A stretch of 48,704 nt of DNA from Octopus sinensis (lineage: Eukaryota). The notes under the pieces were generated by a model that did no database searches, was not told the origin of the DNA, and saw only the letters and a list, made by a program, of their open reading frames with translations. This document shows positions 11,787 through 24,944 of the stretch, one piece after another. The stretch's first letter is position 1. Each line of letters starts with the position of its first letter. Location of the stretch: the NCBI RefSeq assembly GCF_006345805.1, contig NW_021834645.1, positions 1 to 48,704 on the forward strand, written 5' to 3'. The position numbers and the translations under genes were made by a program.

Positions 11787-12149
11787 GAGAGAGTACTAAC
11801 CAGAGAAGAGATTTGATCGTAGACAGTGAGTTAAAACTGAAGCAATTACAGCATGGAGTATACACATTAACAAGTCAAAAAACACTCAAAGACTTAAATT
11901 CACTTAAACATATATTATCTGATATCAAAATTTTCGTTGCACCAACTACAACCTGGTTACTGATGCGATTTCTGTGCATCTGAAAATACTTATTATAACA
12001 AGGTTTATTGTAATTTCAACTACATTGTTTAATTATAATTATAACGAACACATATTATTAATGCAGCACAACTTTAACAGCTGTTGGAGATCAATAGGAC
12101 AATCGCATTAAATATGCTCAGATGCGGACGTTGAACCTCTCTCGTTCCT

Positions 12150-13200
12150 TCTGCCCTCTACTATATTCTCGAACCATATTCAAAATGTAATCATCCATCA
12201 TTGCTTCATTCCAAATACCATGGTACTATTTTTCGTTAAACTCTATATCTTTATGGAATTATCTAGCATTCTCTTCTGGTAGAACACTAAGATTCGATGC
12301 AAATACTGCAGTTTCAGTGATATTTTGCATCTCATATATCTGTAACTATGAAGCAGCACTGTAATAAAAACTCCGCAACTTCGGCCGCTTCGTTGTTGTC
12401 CAGAAACCCACTGACAACATTCTTGAATACATTCTTTATCATTTTCGTTTTCATATCCAGAGCTTTGAGTGCAAGAATCTACATCACCTGTAGCCCAAGA
12501 AAGATATCAACTTCAAATTTTGTACCTCAAGATAGGAAGAAACGGCCTAAACAAATATACTCTCGTCAGCTGCACCGTTTACACAAGACGAATATCTGCC
12601 AACTTCTGTTCTTGTTTCAACAAATGAAGCTGGCATCAATATGTCTGGTTATGAGGAAGATTGGGAAGAAGAGGATGCAGCATGCTCACGCGAATATCCC
12701 AGGTCCGAAATCAGTTTAATTACCACCTAAAACGATTTAAATTTTCTCGCCAAATCTGGTGCGGAGCTGCAGGTTTCCAGATTGAAAGAATTAAACCTAC
12801 TGGGTATAAACGTAACAGGTTCGAAGCACCAAACTTTACCATGCAGCTTTTGCTTGTTTGTACTCATTTTCTGTGTCTACTGATGTAGGAAATCTGTTTG
12901 TAGCGAACAGCTTTATATGTGCTCTGTTCGTTGATAACAGAACTTGGCAGGTATTCGTCTTGGGTGCAGCTGACGACGGTATATTTGTTTAGGCCATTTC
13001 TTCCTATCTTGTGACTTTTTTAAAAGTAGACTCGTCGAACATACGGAAATAGCATTCGTTTCGAAGATCTGTCTGTTCTCACCAGATTCACAGAACAACA
13101 TCCAACATGCATTTCTTGCTGCCACACACGATCCAGCTAATGAAGATGTGTAACCTTAACAGATCGCACGAGGGTCTCACTATTTGTCCTGATCTTCAAT
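12150..13200 (-). pseudogene. Highly degenerate DNA-transposon transposase (family with FLGN...CxMSLKxHFLH...RYQGxW motifs; possibly TcMar-m44-like)
   Basis: Minus-strand fragments in expected order: DIFLGLQV, FKNVVSGFLDNN, MRCKISLKLQYLH, YHGIWNEAMMDDY. Many stops and frameshifts. Family name is from memory and uncertain. Confidence 0.55.
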
Positions 13201-14190
13201 GGAGTGCCGAAGTAATCTTCCTATGCAATATCATATTTACTACTCTGCAAATGAAAAACATTTCACTTGTTATAGTCCCATGTAATGTTTTATACAATTA
13301 AATAGAAAAGCAGTCAGCTGATATTTTGCAGTGTCTAGAAGTCATTGTTATACTACCAATAACAATCAACACAAAATTAATGAGGTGTAATCAAGGAAAA
13401 CAAACATGACTGGAGTAGAATATTGAAAAACTTAATGATTCCTTTTAATTTTCTTCTTGTAAAACTTATATTTTGAAACAGAAATTACTTGAATATTTAT
13501 AAAACATTGCTCTTAAATAAATTTCATAGTAGATTGTTTCAGAATTGTTAAAATCATATCATCATCAGATATTTTATAAATACATAAGAATATGGGTATG
13601 CCGGTCGATCAATTGTTTAGCATTTTATTAATAATATCTCATTCTTACGTGACTCATTGTCTAAATATTCAATGCATCACAATAAATGAAGACTATCATT
13701 TATTTTTTCATTATTGAAAGTTTAGCATCGAAACAAAAGCTGATGCGAGTGTAATTTCACTACTGTGTTCCACATGACAGAAAGTAATTGTTAGTATATC
13801 TAACAAAATACTGATGATATTATGAAAAGAATTTTATCATCGTGTTCTGCATGATTGAAATATATAATAATAACTATATAGTATATAATAATAATAATAA
13901 GTATATGAAATAAATCAAGTGAAACAAATTTCTGTTGCGTAATCAACGGACGTTAAAAATCTTATGAACACGTATAAAATATAGCAAATCCAGTAAAATT
14001 CCCAACAACAAATCCCTACAAGGTGTTAATGGATTACAATGGTAATGTTAAAGATAATTTTGATGCTGATTCATCAAACTAGTTAAAAGTTTACTAGATT
14101 CTTGTATAAATGCAAAACTAACAACAAATTACGTTTATATATTTGATGTGCAAGATTTATTTTTTATGTGAAATCCTGTGTTGAAACAGA

Positions 14191-14572
14191 TATTGTTGTA
14201 TTTCTGAATGGTCATTTTGCCAGTTTAGCCAATAAAAACACACGCACTATATATTTGGTGTTACTTTGCTTCAGTGTTATTTATTTTTTACATTAAACTT
14301 AATCTTATTTCGGCCAGAGTTCTTTCGTCACACTCCTGTGACCGCATCAGTGGTCCTTTGCTTTCTTTTCTCTTATTTGTGTATCTCTACTTACTAACCG
14401 TCAGACATTTTGTATTTTTAGAAATAGGATTGTGACGAAAGAACTCTGGCCGAAATAAGATTAAGTTTAATATAAAAAATAAATAACACTGAAGCAAAGT
14501 AACGCCAAATATATAGTGGGTGTGTTTTTATTGGCTAAACTGGCAAAATGACCATTCAGAAATACAACAATA
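14191..14572. mobile_element. Foldback element (~140 bp arms, ~100 bp spacer), probable PLE inverted pLTR
   Basis: 14191-14331 is the near-perfect reverse complement of 14433-14572. Confidence 0.8.
14312..14356 (-). ncRNA. Hammerhead-like motif (A9C core variant)
   Basis: Minus strand GGACCA-CTGATGC-G-GTCAC-AGGAGT-GTGAC-GAAAG-AA-CTC^TGGCC. Confidence 0.55.
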
Positions 14573-14986
14573 GCACAACAAAACTTAACAGAAATGCAAC
14601 ACGACTACTATGAAGTGGTTCAACAACATCACGGATACAATCGAGCAGCACATTTTCTCATTTTGATATTGTAGAATATTATCTGTTTTTTTTAATTCTG
14701 GAAATATAGAAATGGTAAGGAAATAAAATATTATATATAATTCCAGTATCAACATTAAAATAAATGCAAGAAAATTGTTATTATTTTATCAAGTTTCTTC
14801 TTTATTAACAACCAGAGAATTGTATGTGGGTACCTTCCACAGTAATTGGAACCACCTTATTTATTGAGTTTATAAGTTTGATATTTGCTGCTGGTAGAGG
14901 TTGGTGATACATTTACAGAATATATCATATTCAGGTTTGTAGGTTTACTAATTTTAAAAAAACTGTATTTACTCTCTTTTAAAAGA

Positions 14987-15192
14987 GCAATTATTCTGTG
15001 CTGATGAAGTGAAATAACCCAGAAATCGTGATACACAGATATCGCTTTGAGCTGAGTGGGGGTGCTAGATTCCCTTGTTTGAAAATATAAGAACACAGAT
15101 AGTGTCGTATAGCCAGCTGGAGACGATATCTCCTGGAGCTAAATTATAGCAACATTCGTCCTAAACCAGGACTGCCATGTTATGTTGGCAAA
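14987..15192 (+). mobile_element. Hammerhead-bearing dispersed repeat (copy 1; copy 2 at 20543-20749)
   Basis: Colinear ~205 bp pair. CTGTG-CTGATGA-AGTGAAATAACCC-AGAAA-TCGTGA-TA^CACAG at 14996-15038. Confidence 0.8.
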
Positions 15193-15959
15193 CACTCTTT
15201 ACTACAAAAATATTTTCCTTTGAATACTCCAGTATCGACTACAAAAAAGTGATTTCAGCTATTTGATGTATATGTGTGTATTTGTCTCTAGGCTGTTAAT
15301 ATTGCTAGTGACTCACTTTCTATCAATAACTTATTGCATAGCATTTTTCTCTAATGAGGTTGAAAAGCTGTTGAGATGATCACAAATATAATTTCGCTTG
15401 GATTCAGCTGAATTTAGTAAAACTAAGAATAACATTGAAATTATAATTTCTCTATGCGATCTCTATAAACATTTACCGAGTAAAATCATGAAACTTGTGT
15501 ATCGATCCCATTCGAGGCAATATTGTATTTCGGCTGATTTCATGAAGGTCCATGCTACAAAATGTGTCAATAGCTACCGGCTAAGTATTTGACTGCGTAC
15601 TCTAATGACAAATCATCATGGAATGAAAATAATTATGAAACTGGTTACGGACCAAAGATTTTAGAGAAAGCTTAGCTGGACTACTTCAGCATCACTGTCA
15701 ATTTTGTAAACTTACAATGATTTGTTCATAAAATACTAGTATGTCTATTAGTCTTGCCCCTACAAATATCGGAGTAATAGAAGTGGTAAAAATTAATCTC
15801 AATTCAAAAGCATTCAAGAGAATTCAAGCATTTTATATTATCTTCTAAGAACCTAGATTGGTGTACATAATTTTGTATAATCTGATATCAAATAGAAACT
15901 TATAATGTAGTGGTTACTAAATTATACGAAATAAGCAGATTAGTGCTGTAGGCACTTAA

Positions 15960-16249
15960 CTCTTTAGTGTACAAAGCAGCTACAAGTATGGAAAATATAT
16001 CTCACTCGACATGATTTCCATATGTACTTAGAAACAATAGAATTTAGGCCTTTTATATCTTCTTTCATGTTATTTCATTCTCAACGGGATTTTTACAGAA
16101 AGAACACTTAATGCATTAAACATATCAAAATGCAGTCAGCAAATGTGAATCATCAAAAGAGCTAGCTCACAGACGACAAAATTTACAATTTGAATAGTTA
16201 TATGTAACTGCCATCACACTGCTAACAGCAGCGCTGGGTTCTGAAAGGG
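15960..16249. mobile_element. Possible piggyBac-like MITE
   Basis: TTAA-CTCTTTAG at left and CTGAAAGGG-TTAA at right; short imperfect TIRs only. Confidence 0.35.
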
Positions 16250-16651
16250 TTAACTCCATTAACAACAGGACTTACAGTTAAAATAATTTATATTTATAGC
16301 AGCCGCAGTCATCATTACGCTACGCTACCAATATCTTTTGACTGCAAGAGTGCTAGTTCGGTTTTCGATTAGATTAGTTAGATGTAGTAAGCAATAATAG
16401 ATACTGCTAAAAGCCGTTGATGTGAATAAATTGACCGGCTTGAAGACACAAAATAGTCATAATCGCCTGATTATCACAACAGTATCTAATTATATACGGC
16501 TGGAAATGAATAGATGAAAGACAGGAAAGATTTTCTGGCAGACGGGAGGAAGGAAGGAAGGAAAAGATAATTTGTCAAAATATGTTCCGTTGAATCAAGA
16601 AATGGGAAAACGAAAACTTTTGTTAATGAATATCGCTGGCTTCGTTTATGG

Positions 16652-17231
16652 CAGGAGTTCTCAGCCATTTTTTATCCACAAACCTCTTTATTATTTTATT
16701 CTGGTGAACTAGAATGAAATAGCATGATAGAAGATATAAAAGACCTAATTTCTATTGTTTTATAGAAATTTCTTTTGTTTTATAGAAAGTTATTTCAGAA
16801 TTTCTATTTTGTAATTCTCACATTATATTGTCTAGGTATAACTATGTAAACTGTTAGAGAAGGAAAAATCTACCAGTTTCTTGCATTCCAATACATGTAT
16901 CTAAATCAGGGGTTCTCGGGCATCTTTTATCCATGGACCCTTTCGATTAGTATTTTATTCTGGTGGACCCCCATAGCCATTTGATGTTTAAAAACTAGTT
17001 TTATACAAACTTCTTTCAAAATTCCTATTTTGTTTTTCTCACATTAAACTGTCTCGGTTGAACCATGTAAAACATTAGGGAAAGAAATCTACCTGTTTAT
17101 TTCAATACATACATCTAAGGCAAAGTTTTTTCAGGTGCCCTTAAAATACTATTTACTATTTTGCTGTATGGACCCCCAAGAACCTTATACGGACCCTCAG
17201 GAGCCACATGGACCCTGGTTGAGAACCATTG
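16652..17231. mobile_element. Two adjacent or nested hAT (Charlie-like) MITE copies
   Basis: CAGGGGTTCTC at 16907 and GAGAACCATTG ending 17231, with repeated subterminal GGACCC. An older homologous copy at 16652-16906 starts CAGGAGTTCTC. No clear 8-bp TSD. Confidence 0.7.
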
Positions 17232-18145
17232 ATTTATGGGATAGTAATGATAGGTTCATTAGATGAAAGGAAATGAAAACGTCTTTTCACCTAGTTGCGT
17301 TTCGTGTTCGAATCACTATTAAGAGAAACTCCTGAATTTTTCACATATAGACTGTTATAGCAACATAGAAATAAAGAAATGTCAACTTAAACACTACACC
17401 ATTATTAAGCAAAGTATAAGCTTCAAATCACATTAATTTTTCTTAGCAGTGAGTTTTCACACATGGAATAGGACAAGCAGCAAAGAAACTCTTTATAGAA
17501 GCCCTGCTGGCTTATGGATTGTTCTTCAACGTTATCCAAATGTAGGATATTAAATTGTGTGATACCTATCTATATACAGATATAGGAAGTGACAAATCAA
17601 CGTGTGGCCGAAATACAATTTGTTATATGAAATGTGGCAGTGTTCCCTTCGACAATCAGTAATATTGGATAGATAATTAGTTTCAAAAGCCAGACACAAC
17701 AATAATTGAATCATTGAATAAATGATTGCGATTGACATATTGCGAAAAGTTAATACAGAATATCAAATTCTGTACAACAATGTGATATATATATCTTCTC
17801 GAAAATGAGTGCAGTTTGATAGGTAATTCATACTAATAATAAATTGGTTACCGTTAGTCACATAATCTGTTAACCGACGGGAGCTTCCAAAATATTGTTT
17901 TAGACGTTGCAAAATATTATTAAATCACTGATGAATAAGGCAGGTTTACGGTCATGTGGAGTAGGCGACGTTTATTGTCCGTTGATTGACTGAAGGTGAT
18001 ACTGAATATGTAGCTCAAGAATGATCTCCAAACTTTACTTTAAAATGAAGGCTTGATTGAGGAAATAATCATTTGAGATATTTATTAAGGCTTCATGTGA
18101 ACAAATTATAATACTAACGTTGATAATATACCCAAGGAATAATAT

Positions 18146-18302
18146 ATTTCTTTACTAGTCACACGGGGCTAAACACAGAGGGGACAAACAAAGATAGACA
18201 AACGGATTAAGTTGATTACATCGACCCCAGTGCGTAACTGGTACTTAATTTATCGACCCCGAAAGGATGAAAAGCAAAGTCGACCTCGGCGGAATTTGAA
18301 CC
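18146..18302 (-). mobile_element. SINE family B, 5'-truncated
   Basis: Reverse complement of the family B core; ACCCA(A)GGAAT flanking duplication. Confidence 0.85.
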
Positions 18303-18435
18303 CAGGAATTATAATGGTACTTAATAGTATATATTTGCTGTTGATTAGCTGTGCTTTTATTCTCCTTGTACCTACCACTCATCAAACTTATGTCGCTTAG
18401 ATTCTGCAACACATTATGAGAGTGTAGTTAAATAT

Positions 18436-18850
18436 TTATTTCTTTTTGCCCACGAGGGGCTAAACATAGAGGGAACAACGAAGGACAGACAAAGGGATTA
18501 AGTCGATTACATCGACCCCAGTGCGTAACTGGTACTTAATTTATCGACCCCGAAAGGATGAAAGGCAAAGTCGACCTCGGCGGAATTCGAACTCAGAACG
18601 TAACGACAGACAAAATACCTCTTTCTTTACTACCCACAAGGAGCTAAACACAGAGAGTACAAACAAGAACAGACAAACGGATTACGTCGATTACATCGAC
18701 CCCAGTGCGTAACTGGTACTTATTTTATCGACCCCGAAAGGATGAAAGGCAAAGTCGACCTCGACGGAATTTGAACTCAGAACGTAGCGGCAGACGAAAT
18801 ACCGCTAGGCATTTCGCTCGGCGTGCTAACGTTTCTGCCAGCTCGCCGCC
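18436..18850 (-). mobile_element. SINE family B with one extra tandem 3' unit
   Basis: Head ends at CTCGCCGCC (18850); TSD GTTAAATATTT on both sides. Confidence 0.9.
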
Positions 18851-19614
18851 TGGTTAAATATTTTAGAAGCGTGTATTTTACAATTTGCTTGTTTTTGTTT
18901 TAAGTTCTCAGCGCTGGGCTACACTCCAGGGGGCATTTTGGAAAACTGATCCGCGTTTTAAGAGTCAGTACAAACCATGGAAGAAAGTGAGTAGCACGTG
19001 AGATACTGTTTGCAATCTTGGGTAATGAGATGCATTAAAGAAACTAATTTCTGTCGAGAAAATCGTTAATGAAGTCTCTCGTGTAATGAAATGTTTCATC
19101 CTTCGTTTCCGTCGTTATATCAACAATGCTACAGTCATACACGAACGATATTTAACGAAAATCTACATGAGAAATTATCACAAAAGTTAAACGTAGCGAA
19201 ATCGGTTGCTGAAGAAATCAAAAAACAATCCATCTCATATTAATCCGAGGGTTAACAAAAGAGTAAGACTTAATGTCAATGAAGTCGATGAGGAATCAAA
19301 GGAGAACACTCGAGAAAAATCTCTGTAATGGTTCTGGTAAGGCTGAATCTTAATCCGAACAAAATGTCTTGTTCGTTGGCAGCGATGAAAAGTGGTTTGG
19401 TTTTTTAAAGATAATTAGTTGATTGTTCTGAATTCTGTATGCTCTTTGTCCATATCGAAACATGGCGAAAGAAAACTGAAAACTGGACAAAATTTAATGC
19501 ACAAGAATACTGGAAACTGCACAAAAGATCCCCTAAAAATCTATGAAAAAGAGATAGGGACACCTTAAGAAAATGCATGTGTCAAATACACTCAAAATGC
19601 ACAAACTAAATAAT

Positions 19615-20178
19615 TTATAAAGTGATAGTATGTCGTCAACTTAATGTGACAGTCCCATAAAAGGGAAGAATAATACTGTTATTTAGCCCTAGGAAACATC
19701 GTTTCCTGTTGGACCTGACACACTTCCTTTGTCCTTATGTTTTCAAAGTGGAGACAAGCACCTCCACCCAGCAAAGCCAGCATCTAGAGACTAGTTTCAG
19801 ACTCGTTGCTCTTAATCAGTCTGGAGTAGCATGTCCTGCTAGCTGTCGATGCCTTTTTGCCCTTGAAAACATATATATTTCAAGTGAAATACATTCACTG
19901 ATTTTTGAAAATAGAAATAATGTATTTCACTTGAAATATATATGTTTTCAAGGGCGGATAGTCATCGACAGCAGGCAAACCATGCTACTCTAGACTGATG
20001 AAGAGCAAGGACTCCGAAACTATTCTCTCGATGCTGGCTTTATCTCCACTTTGAAAACGTGAGAACACAGGAAATGTCAAGTCCAACCGGAAACGGTGTT
20101 TCCTAGGGCTAAATAACAGTAGCATTCTTCCCTTTCATGGGACTGTCACATTAAGTTGATAAAATGCTATTCCTTTAT
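19615..20178. mobile_element. ~560 bp foldback with outward-facing hammerhead motif in each arm
   Basis: Arms ~19615-19895 and ~19917-20178. Motifs at 19784-19824 (-) and 19990-20030 (+); consensus CTAGA-CTGATGA-AGAG..CTC-YGAAAC-TA-GTC^TCTAG. Confidence 0.8.
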
Positions 20179-20542
20179 CGTGCTGCTACTGCATAAATCT
20201 CTCTGAGAGCTTTAGAAATATATTATTTCTAAATAATCTATGTATTTAATACATAAATATTCTGTACATTGAAACTAGAAGTGGAATTTATTCAGAGAAC
20301 TTTCATCAAACTGAAGCCCATCAAACGTTACTTTAGATGCACAATGACACAAGAACGACTAAAAGGTCAGCCTTCCTTACTACTGAGAGCGAAGTAGGAG
20401 GATAAATTGCTTCAATGATATAACAATTTATAACATGTCAAGAATCAGAAAATTACTATTTTTAAATCTCACGACGAGAGATATTCAGCAACAGTACTTT
20501 GGAGTAAAGATTATTTGACAACATTACATGTTCCTCTAGCCG

Positions 20543-20749
20543 AACAATTATTCTGTGCTGATGAAGGGAAATAATCCGGAAATCGCGATAAACAGGTATT
20601 GTTTTGAGCTGAATGGGGGTGCTAGATTCCCTTATTCGAAAATATAAAGATACAAATCGAGTCGTATAGCCAACTGGAAACGATGTCTCCTGGGGCTAAA
20701 TTACAGCAACATTCGTCTTAAACTAGGACTGCCATGTTATGTTAGCAAA
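20543..20749 (+). mobile_element. Hammerhead-bearing dispersed repeat (copy 2)
   Basis: CTGTG-CTGATGA-AGGGAAATAATCC-GGAAA-TCGCGA-TA^AACAG at 20553-20595. Confidence 0.8.
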
Positions 20750-21064
20750 TAATATTTACTCCATGCCAAGAATCATATTAACATTTTCGTAAAATAACAA
20801 AAGAAAAAGTTTTCTTTAAAAAACTAAGCTCGTAATGTATATTTATTTTGTTTAGTAATAATTCTTACCATTTCTCTATATCACCGAGCGCATCAGAATA
20901 ATCCTTGGACAATATCTTTTAACTGCAATTAACTGACCTGCTGACCTGAAAAGGGATACTTTCACATTTTTGGAATACTTGTATAAATCCTACTCGTAAA
21001 ATATGCGTCTTTTATATCGACTGAAGACTGTTTATCCGCGAGTATATGGAATATTTCATTATAT

Positions 21065-21456
21065 AGGCGCAGGTGTGGCTGTGTGGAATAAAGTTTGCTT
21101 TCCAACCACACAGTTCCGGGTTCAGTCCCGCTGCATAGCAACTTAGGCAAGTGTCTTCTATAAAGTTGGGCGGGCCTTGTGAGTGGTTTTAGTAGAAGGA
21201 AACTGAAATAATTTCGTTGTATGTGTGTGTGTGTGTGTGTCTTTGTGGTTATATTTGTTCTCACCACCGCTTGACAAACGGTGCTGGTGTGTTTACGTCC
21301 CCGTGAGTTAGCAGTTCGGCAAAAAGAGACCAATAGAATAAATACTAATCTTTGGGCAAAATAAATCCTGGGTCGATTTGTTCGACTAGAATCCTTTAAG
21401 GAGGCGCCGCTCCATCATGGCCACAGTCAAATGAGTGAAACAAGAAAATGACAAAA
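21065..21456 (+). mobile_element. SINE family A, diverged
   Basis: Colinear with 8689-9140. Confidence 0.85.
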
Positions 21457-21661
21457 GAACAGAAAAGACGAAGATATCCGGGTATTGGGTAATAATCTCC
21501 ATCTGCTTGTCGATGGTGATTTTAAAATAGCCATCGATACAAAGTCTGCCTTTTGGCTTCCAACCAATTACCTTTGGCACAATCCTGCCATTGTAATCGA
21601 TCGGTCAGTCCAACAATACAGTTCAATATTTCACCTAACAATTCGTCTTTTACCTCTCTCT

Positions 21662-21924
21662 CTCTTTTACTCTTTTACTCTTTTACTGTTTCAGTCATTT
21701 GACTGTGGCCATGCTGTAGCACCGCCTTTAGTCGAGCAAATCACCCCAGGACTTATTCTTTGAAAGCATAGTACTTATTCTATCGGTCTCTTTTGCCGAA
21801 TCGCTAAGTTACGAAGACGTAAACACACCAGCATCGGTTGTCAAGTGATGTTGGAGGGACAAACACAGACACAAACATATACACACGCACATATATATAT
21901 ATGTATGTATATATATATATATAT

Positions 21925-21998
<74 letters not shown>

Positions 21999-22156
21999 TA
22001 CGACGGGCTTCTTTCAGTTTCCGTCTACTAAATCCATTCTCAAGGCTTTAGTCGGCCTGAGGCTATAGTAGAAGACACTTTCCCAAGGTAACACGCAGTG
22101 GGACTGAACCATGTGGTTGGTAAGCAAGCTACTTACCACACAGCCACTCCTACGCC
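21662..22156 (-). mobile_element. SINE family A
   Basis: Reverse complement, with long internal (TA)n. Confidence 0.9.
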
Positions 22157-22311
22157 ATTTAAGATTTTTAAAAGAGTAATGGAGCCTGCCTACGAATTGC
22201 TTTCATACCTGGATTTACTCGAAATGTGGCCTGTATGTAATCGACTTGGTCCTTACCCCGACATTTCTGACCATGTGTCAAAATTTGAAGCCAATTTTCA
22301 AGTATTATTTA

Positions 22312-22530
22312 AGGCGGCGAACTGGCAGAGCCGTTAGTACGCCAAGCAAAAAAGCTTAGCGGAATTTTCACCCGGCTTTACATTCTCTTTTCATATTCCA
22401 CCGAGGCCGGCTTTGCCTGTTGTACTTTCGGGGTCGATAAAATAAGTACCAGTTAAGCACTGGGTCAATTTAATTGATTTAGTCCTTCACCCGAAATTGC
22501 TGGCTTGTACCAAATTTTGCAACTAATATT
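22312..22530 (+). mobile_element. SINE family B, diverged
   Basis: AAGGCGGCGAACTGGCAGA head and TTTCGGGGTCGATAAAATAAGTACCAG core. Confidence 0.75.
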
Positions 22531-23049
22531 CAAGTTATTTCGAATTACCAAGATTACTCAAAAAATATTATGCAATGTTATTCATTATAGATATCAACGA
22601 TATATTAGACGCCCCACCAAAAAATCGATCTGAAAATACTTGATCCTATTTTAGATTCTATAACAATAGATTCTAAATTCTGTTGTTTATTTACAACTTC
22701 ACCATTTGACCGTTAAACGGTTGATATCATCAATGGCTATCATTATAGAAAAGTGAATATTTTCCAGCACTTTTTGAAAGTGAGTTTGTAAATTTTATTG
22801 TGCGTGAGACTAAAGTTTATTGTTGATGTTGTTCTCATTTAAAGTTAAAAATAATTACAAAAATTAAACTAGCTCGTTAAGAAAATCTCTATAACAGATT
22901 TAGACGGCGATAAACATTATTCCTCAGTATAAAAATTAACCTTCAGAAAAAGATTTTTTTTTTCTTTCTACATTTTGCCCATTTAGCACATATGTTCATG
23001 CAATAAAACCTTTTCCCCTTTTTTTAAGGATTAATAGATTAATAGATTA

Positions 23050-24017
23050 CCGTAAATCCTCGAGTATAATCTGCACATATTCCCCAAAATTTAAAGGTCA
23101 AAATCCCTAGTGCGTACTATATACGAGGTTAAAAATGAAAAATATTTTCTAAGCAATGTCCGAGTGTCTATTTGCTGTCCGGCAATGTTTATTCAGACGC
23201 ATTTTGTGACATCGGGCACGAAAATACCTTAAGCTAAGCCTGAAAGCAATGAAGTCATAAAAGGATCATCCATAACTTGCAGTAAGCAACATTTATTAAA
23301 ATAAAAGTATTCAGAAAACAGAATCACATGTAACACAAACAATTTGCAAACATATTTACATTCCCATATAACAGTTAAGAACATCACAATTACTGTATTA
23401 CGCATGCGCGAAGTGTCTGTTCGACTAGCTGCTGCTGGCTTAATTAAGCACGAACTGTGCTTAATAGTTTAGCGCTCAATAGTTCATCCTGCTGTTTGTA
23501 TTGGCAATTTGCAGGATTACCGTGGCAAACAATATATACTTAATTAAATACCACTATTAAATGTTTGAACTACTGTGGGCCTTTACTAAGGTTTTTTATA
23601 AGCGGGACTTAAACCTGTACATTAATCTCCAATAAAACATTTTATACATTACATGCTCATAAAATGCCTCGTAGATCTTATTCAGCTATATTTAAACTTG
23701 AAGTTATATCATATGCTGAAGAGCAAGGTAATAGGGCCGCCGGAAGAAAATTTGGTGTTGACGAAAGTAATGTCAGGTTTTAGAGAAGAAATACGATGAA
23801 ATTAAACAGATACCAAAGATAAAGGAGGTAAAAGAGGTAATAATAAAGGATGTTACCGTATACATTTTTATAAACCAAGGACGTTATATAGACCTCCTTG
23901 ACTTAAGTTAGAGATGGGATGCGTATTATACACAAGGTTTAGGTTTTTCAGAGGTACAACCCAAAAAAAACCCCTGCGTATTATACTCAAGGGTGGACTA
24001 TACTCGAAGATTTACGG
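23050..24017 (+). mobile_element. pogo/Tigger-type non-autonomous DNA transposon
   Basis: TA-CCGTAAATCCTCGAGTATA and TATACTCGAAGATTTACGG-TA TIRs; repeated subterminal GCGTA(C/T)TATA motifs. Confidence 0.85.
23664..23805 (+). pseudogene. Brinker-type HTH N-terminus of a pogo transposase
   Basis: MPRRSYSAIFKLEVISYAEEQGNRAAGRKFGVDESNVRF* resembles the BrkDBD of POGK-like transposases. Confidence 0.75.
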
Positions 24018-24051
24018 TAATAGATTTCTCCTTTTAATTGAAATGTTTATA

Positions 24052-24466
24052 TTCTTTTATTCCCTTACTTTTTCCAGTCATTTGAGTGCAGCCATACTGG
24101 AGCGTCGCCCTCAGTCGAGCAAATCGACCACCAGGACTTATTCTTTGCAAGCCTAGTACTTATTCTATCGGTAACTTTTGTTGCCGAATCGCTAGCTTAC
24201 GGGGACGTAAGCACACCAACGTCGTTGTCAAGTGATGGTGGGAGACAAATACAGATGCACAAATATACACATGCAGACACACATACACACATATATATAT
24301 AGGACGGGTTTCTTTCAGTTTCCGTCTACCAAATCCACTCACAAGGCTTTGGTCAGCCCGAGTCTATAGTAGAAAACACTTCTCCCAAGGTGCCACGCAG
24401 TGGGACTGAACCCGGAACCATGTGGTTGGGAACCAAGTCTCCTACCACACAGCCACTCCTTCGCCT
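24052..24466 (-). mobile_element. SINE family A
   Basis: Reverse complement of the family consensus. Confidence 0.9.
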
Positions 24467-24944
24467 ATGACAAATAATGTTTTAATTTAATGAGACAGGG
24501 TTTAATTGTTGAGTTTCAATAACTTTCTACGTTTTTAAATTAAGCTTCTCGTGGTACTGGAATCTAATTAGAATATAATCAATTTGTTATTGATTCGTAC
24601 CGACATATAACATTTATTTCTCATTTATTCATACACACTTTTAATATATATCAAATTAGCCTCAATTAGTAATTCATTTGTCTCGTATAGGCTATCAACA
24701 AAATTATTATCACGACAGTTTGTAATTTTTATAATTGCATTGACAATATTTAGCAAATTTGTAATGTCTATTATTAATTCGATTTTATGATAAACATATT
24801 CTTAAATCACAAATTCTCCCACAAATTACGGTTTCATCCTTACGAGGACAATGTTTTCTTTTAATATATTTTTTCATTTAGCGTTTTGCATTGATTGTTT
24901 AATTTTGTATTATTCTTAATTGAAGAGTAGGTTGAGATTTATTA

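Noticed and set aside
13940-14100. Possible LINE RT remnant (KIPNNKSLQGVNGL)
   Set aside because: Single short motif amid stops; not distinguishable from chance without a search.
15200-19600. Host exons in the less repetitive stretches
   Set aside because: Only short ORFs with no recognisable domains; small exons cannot be excluded without transcript data.
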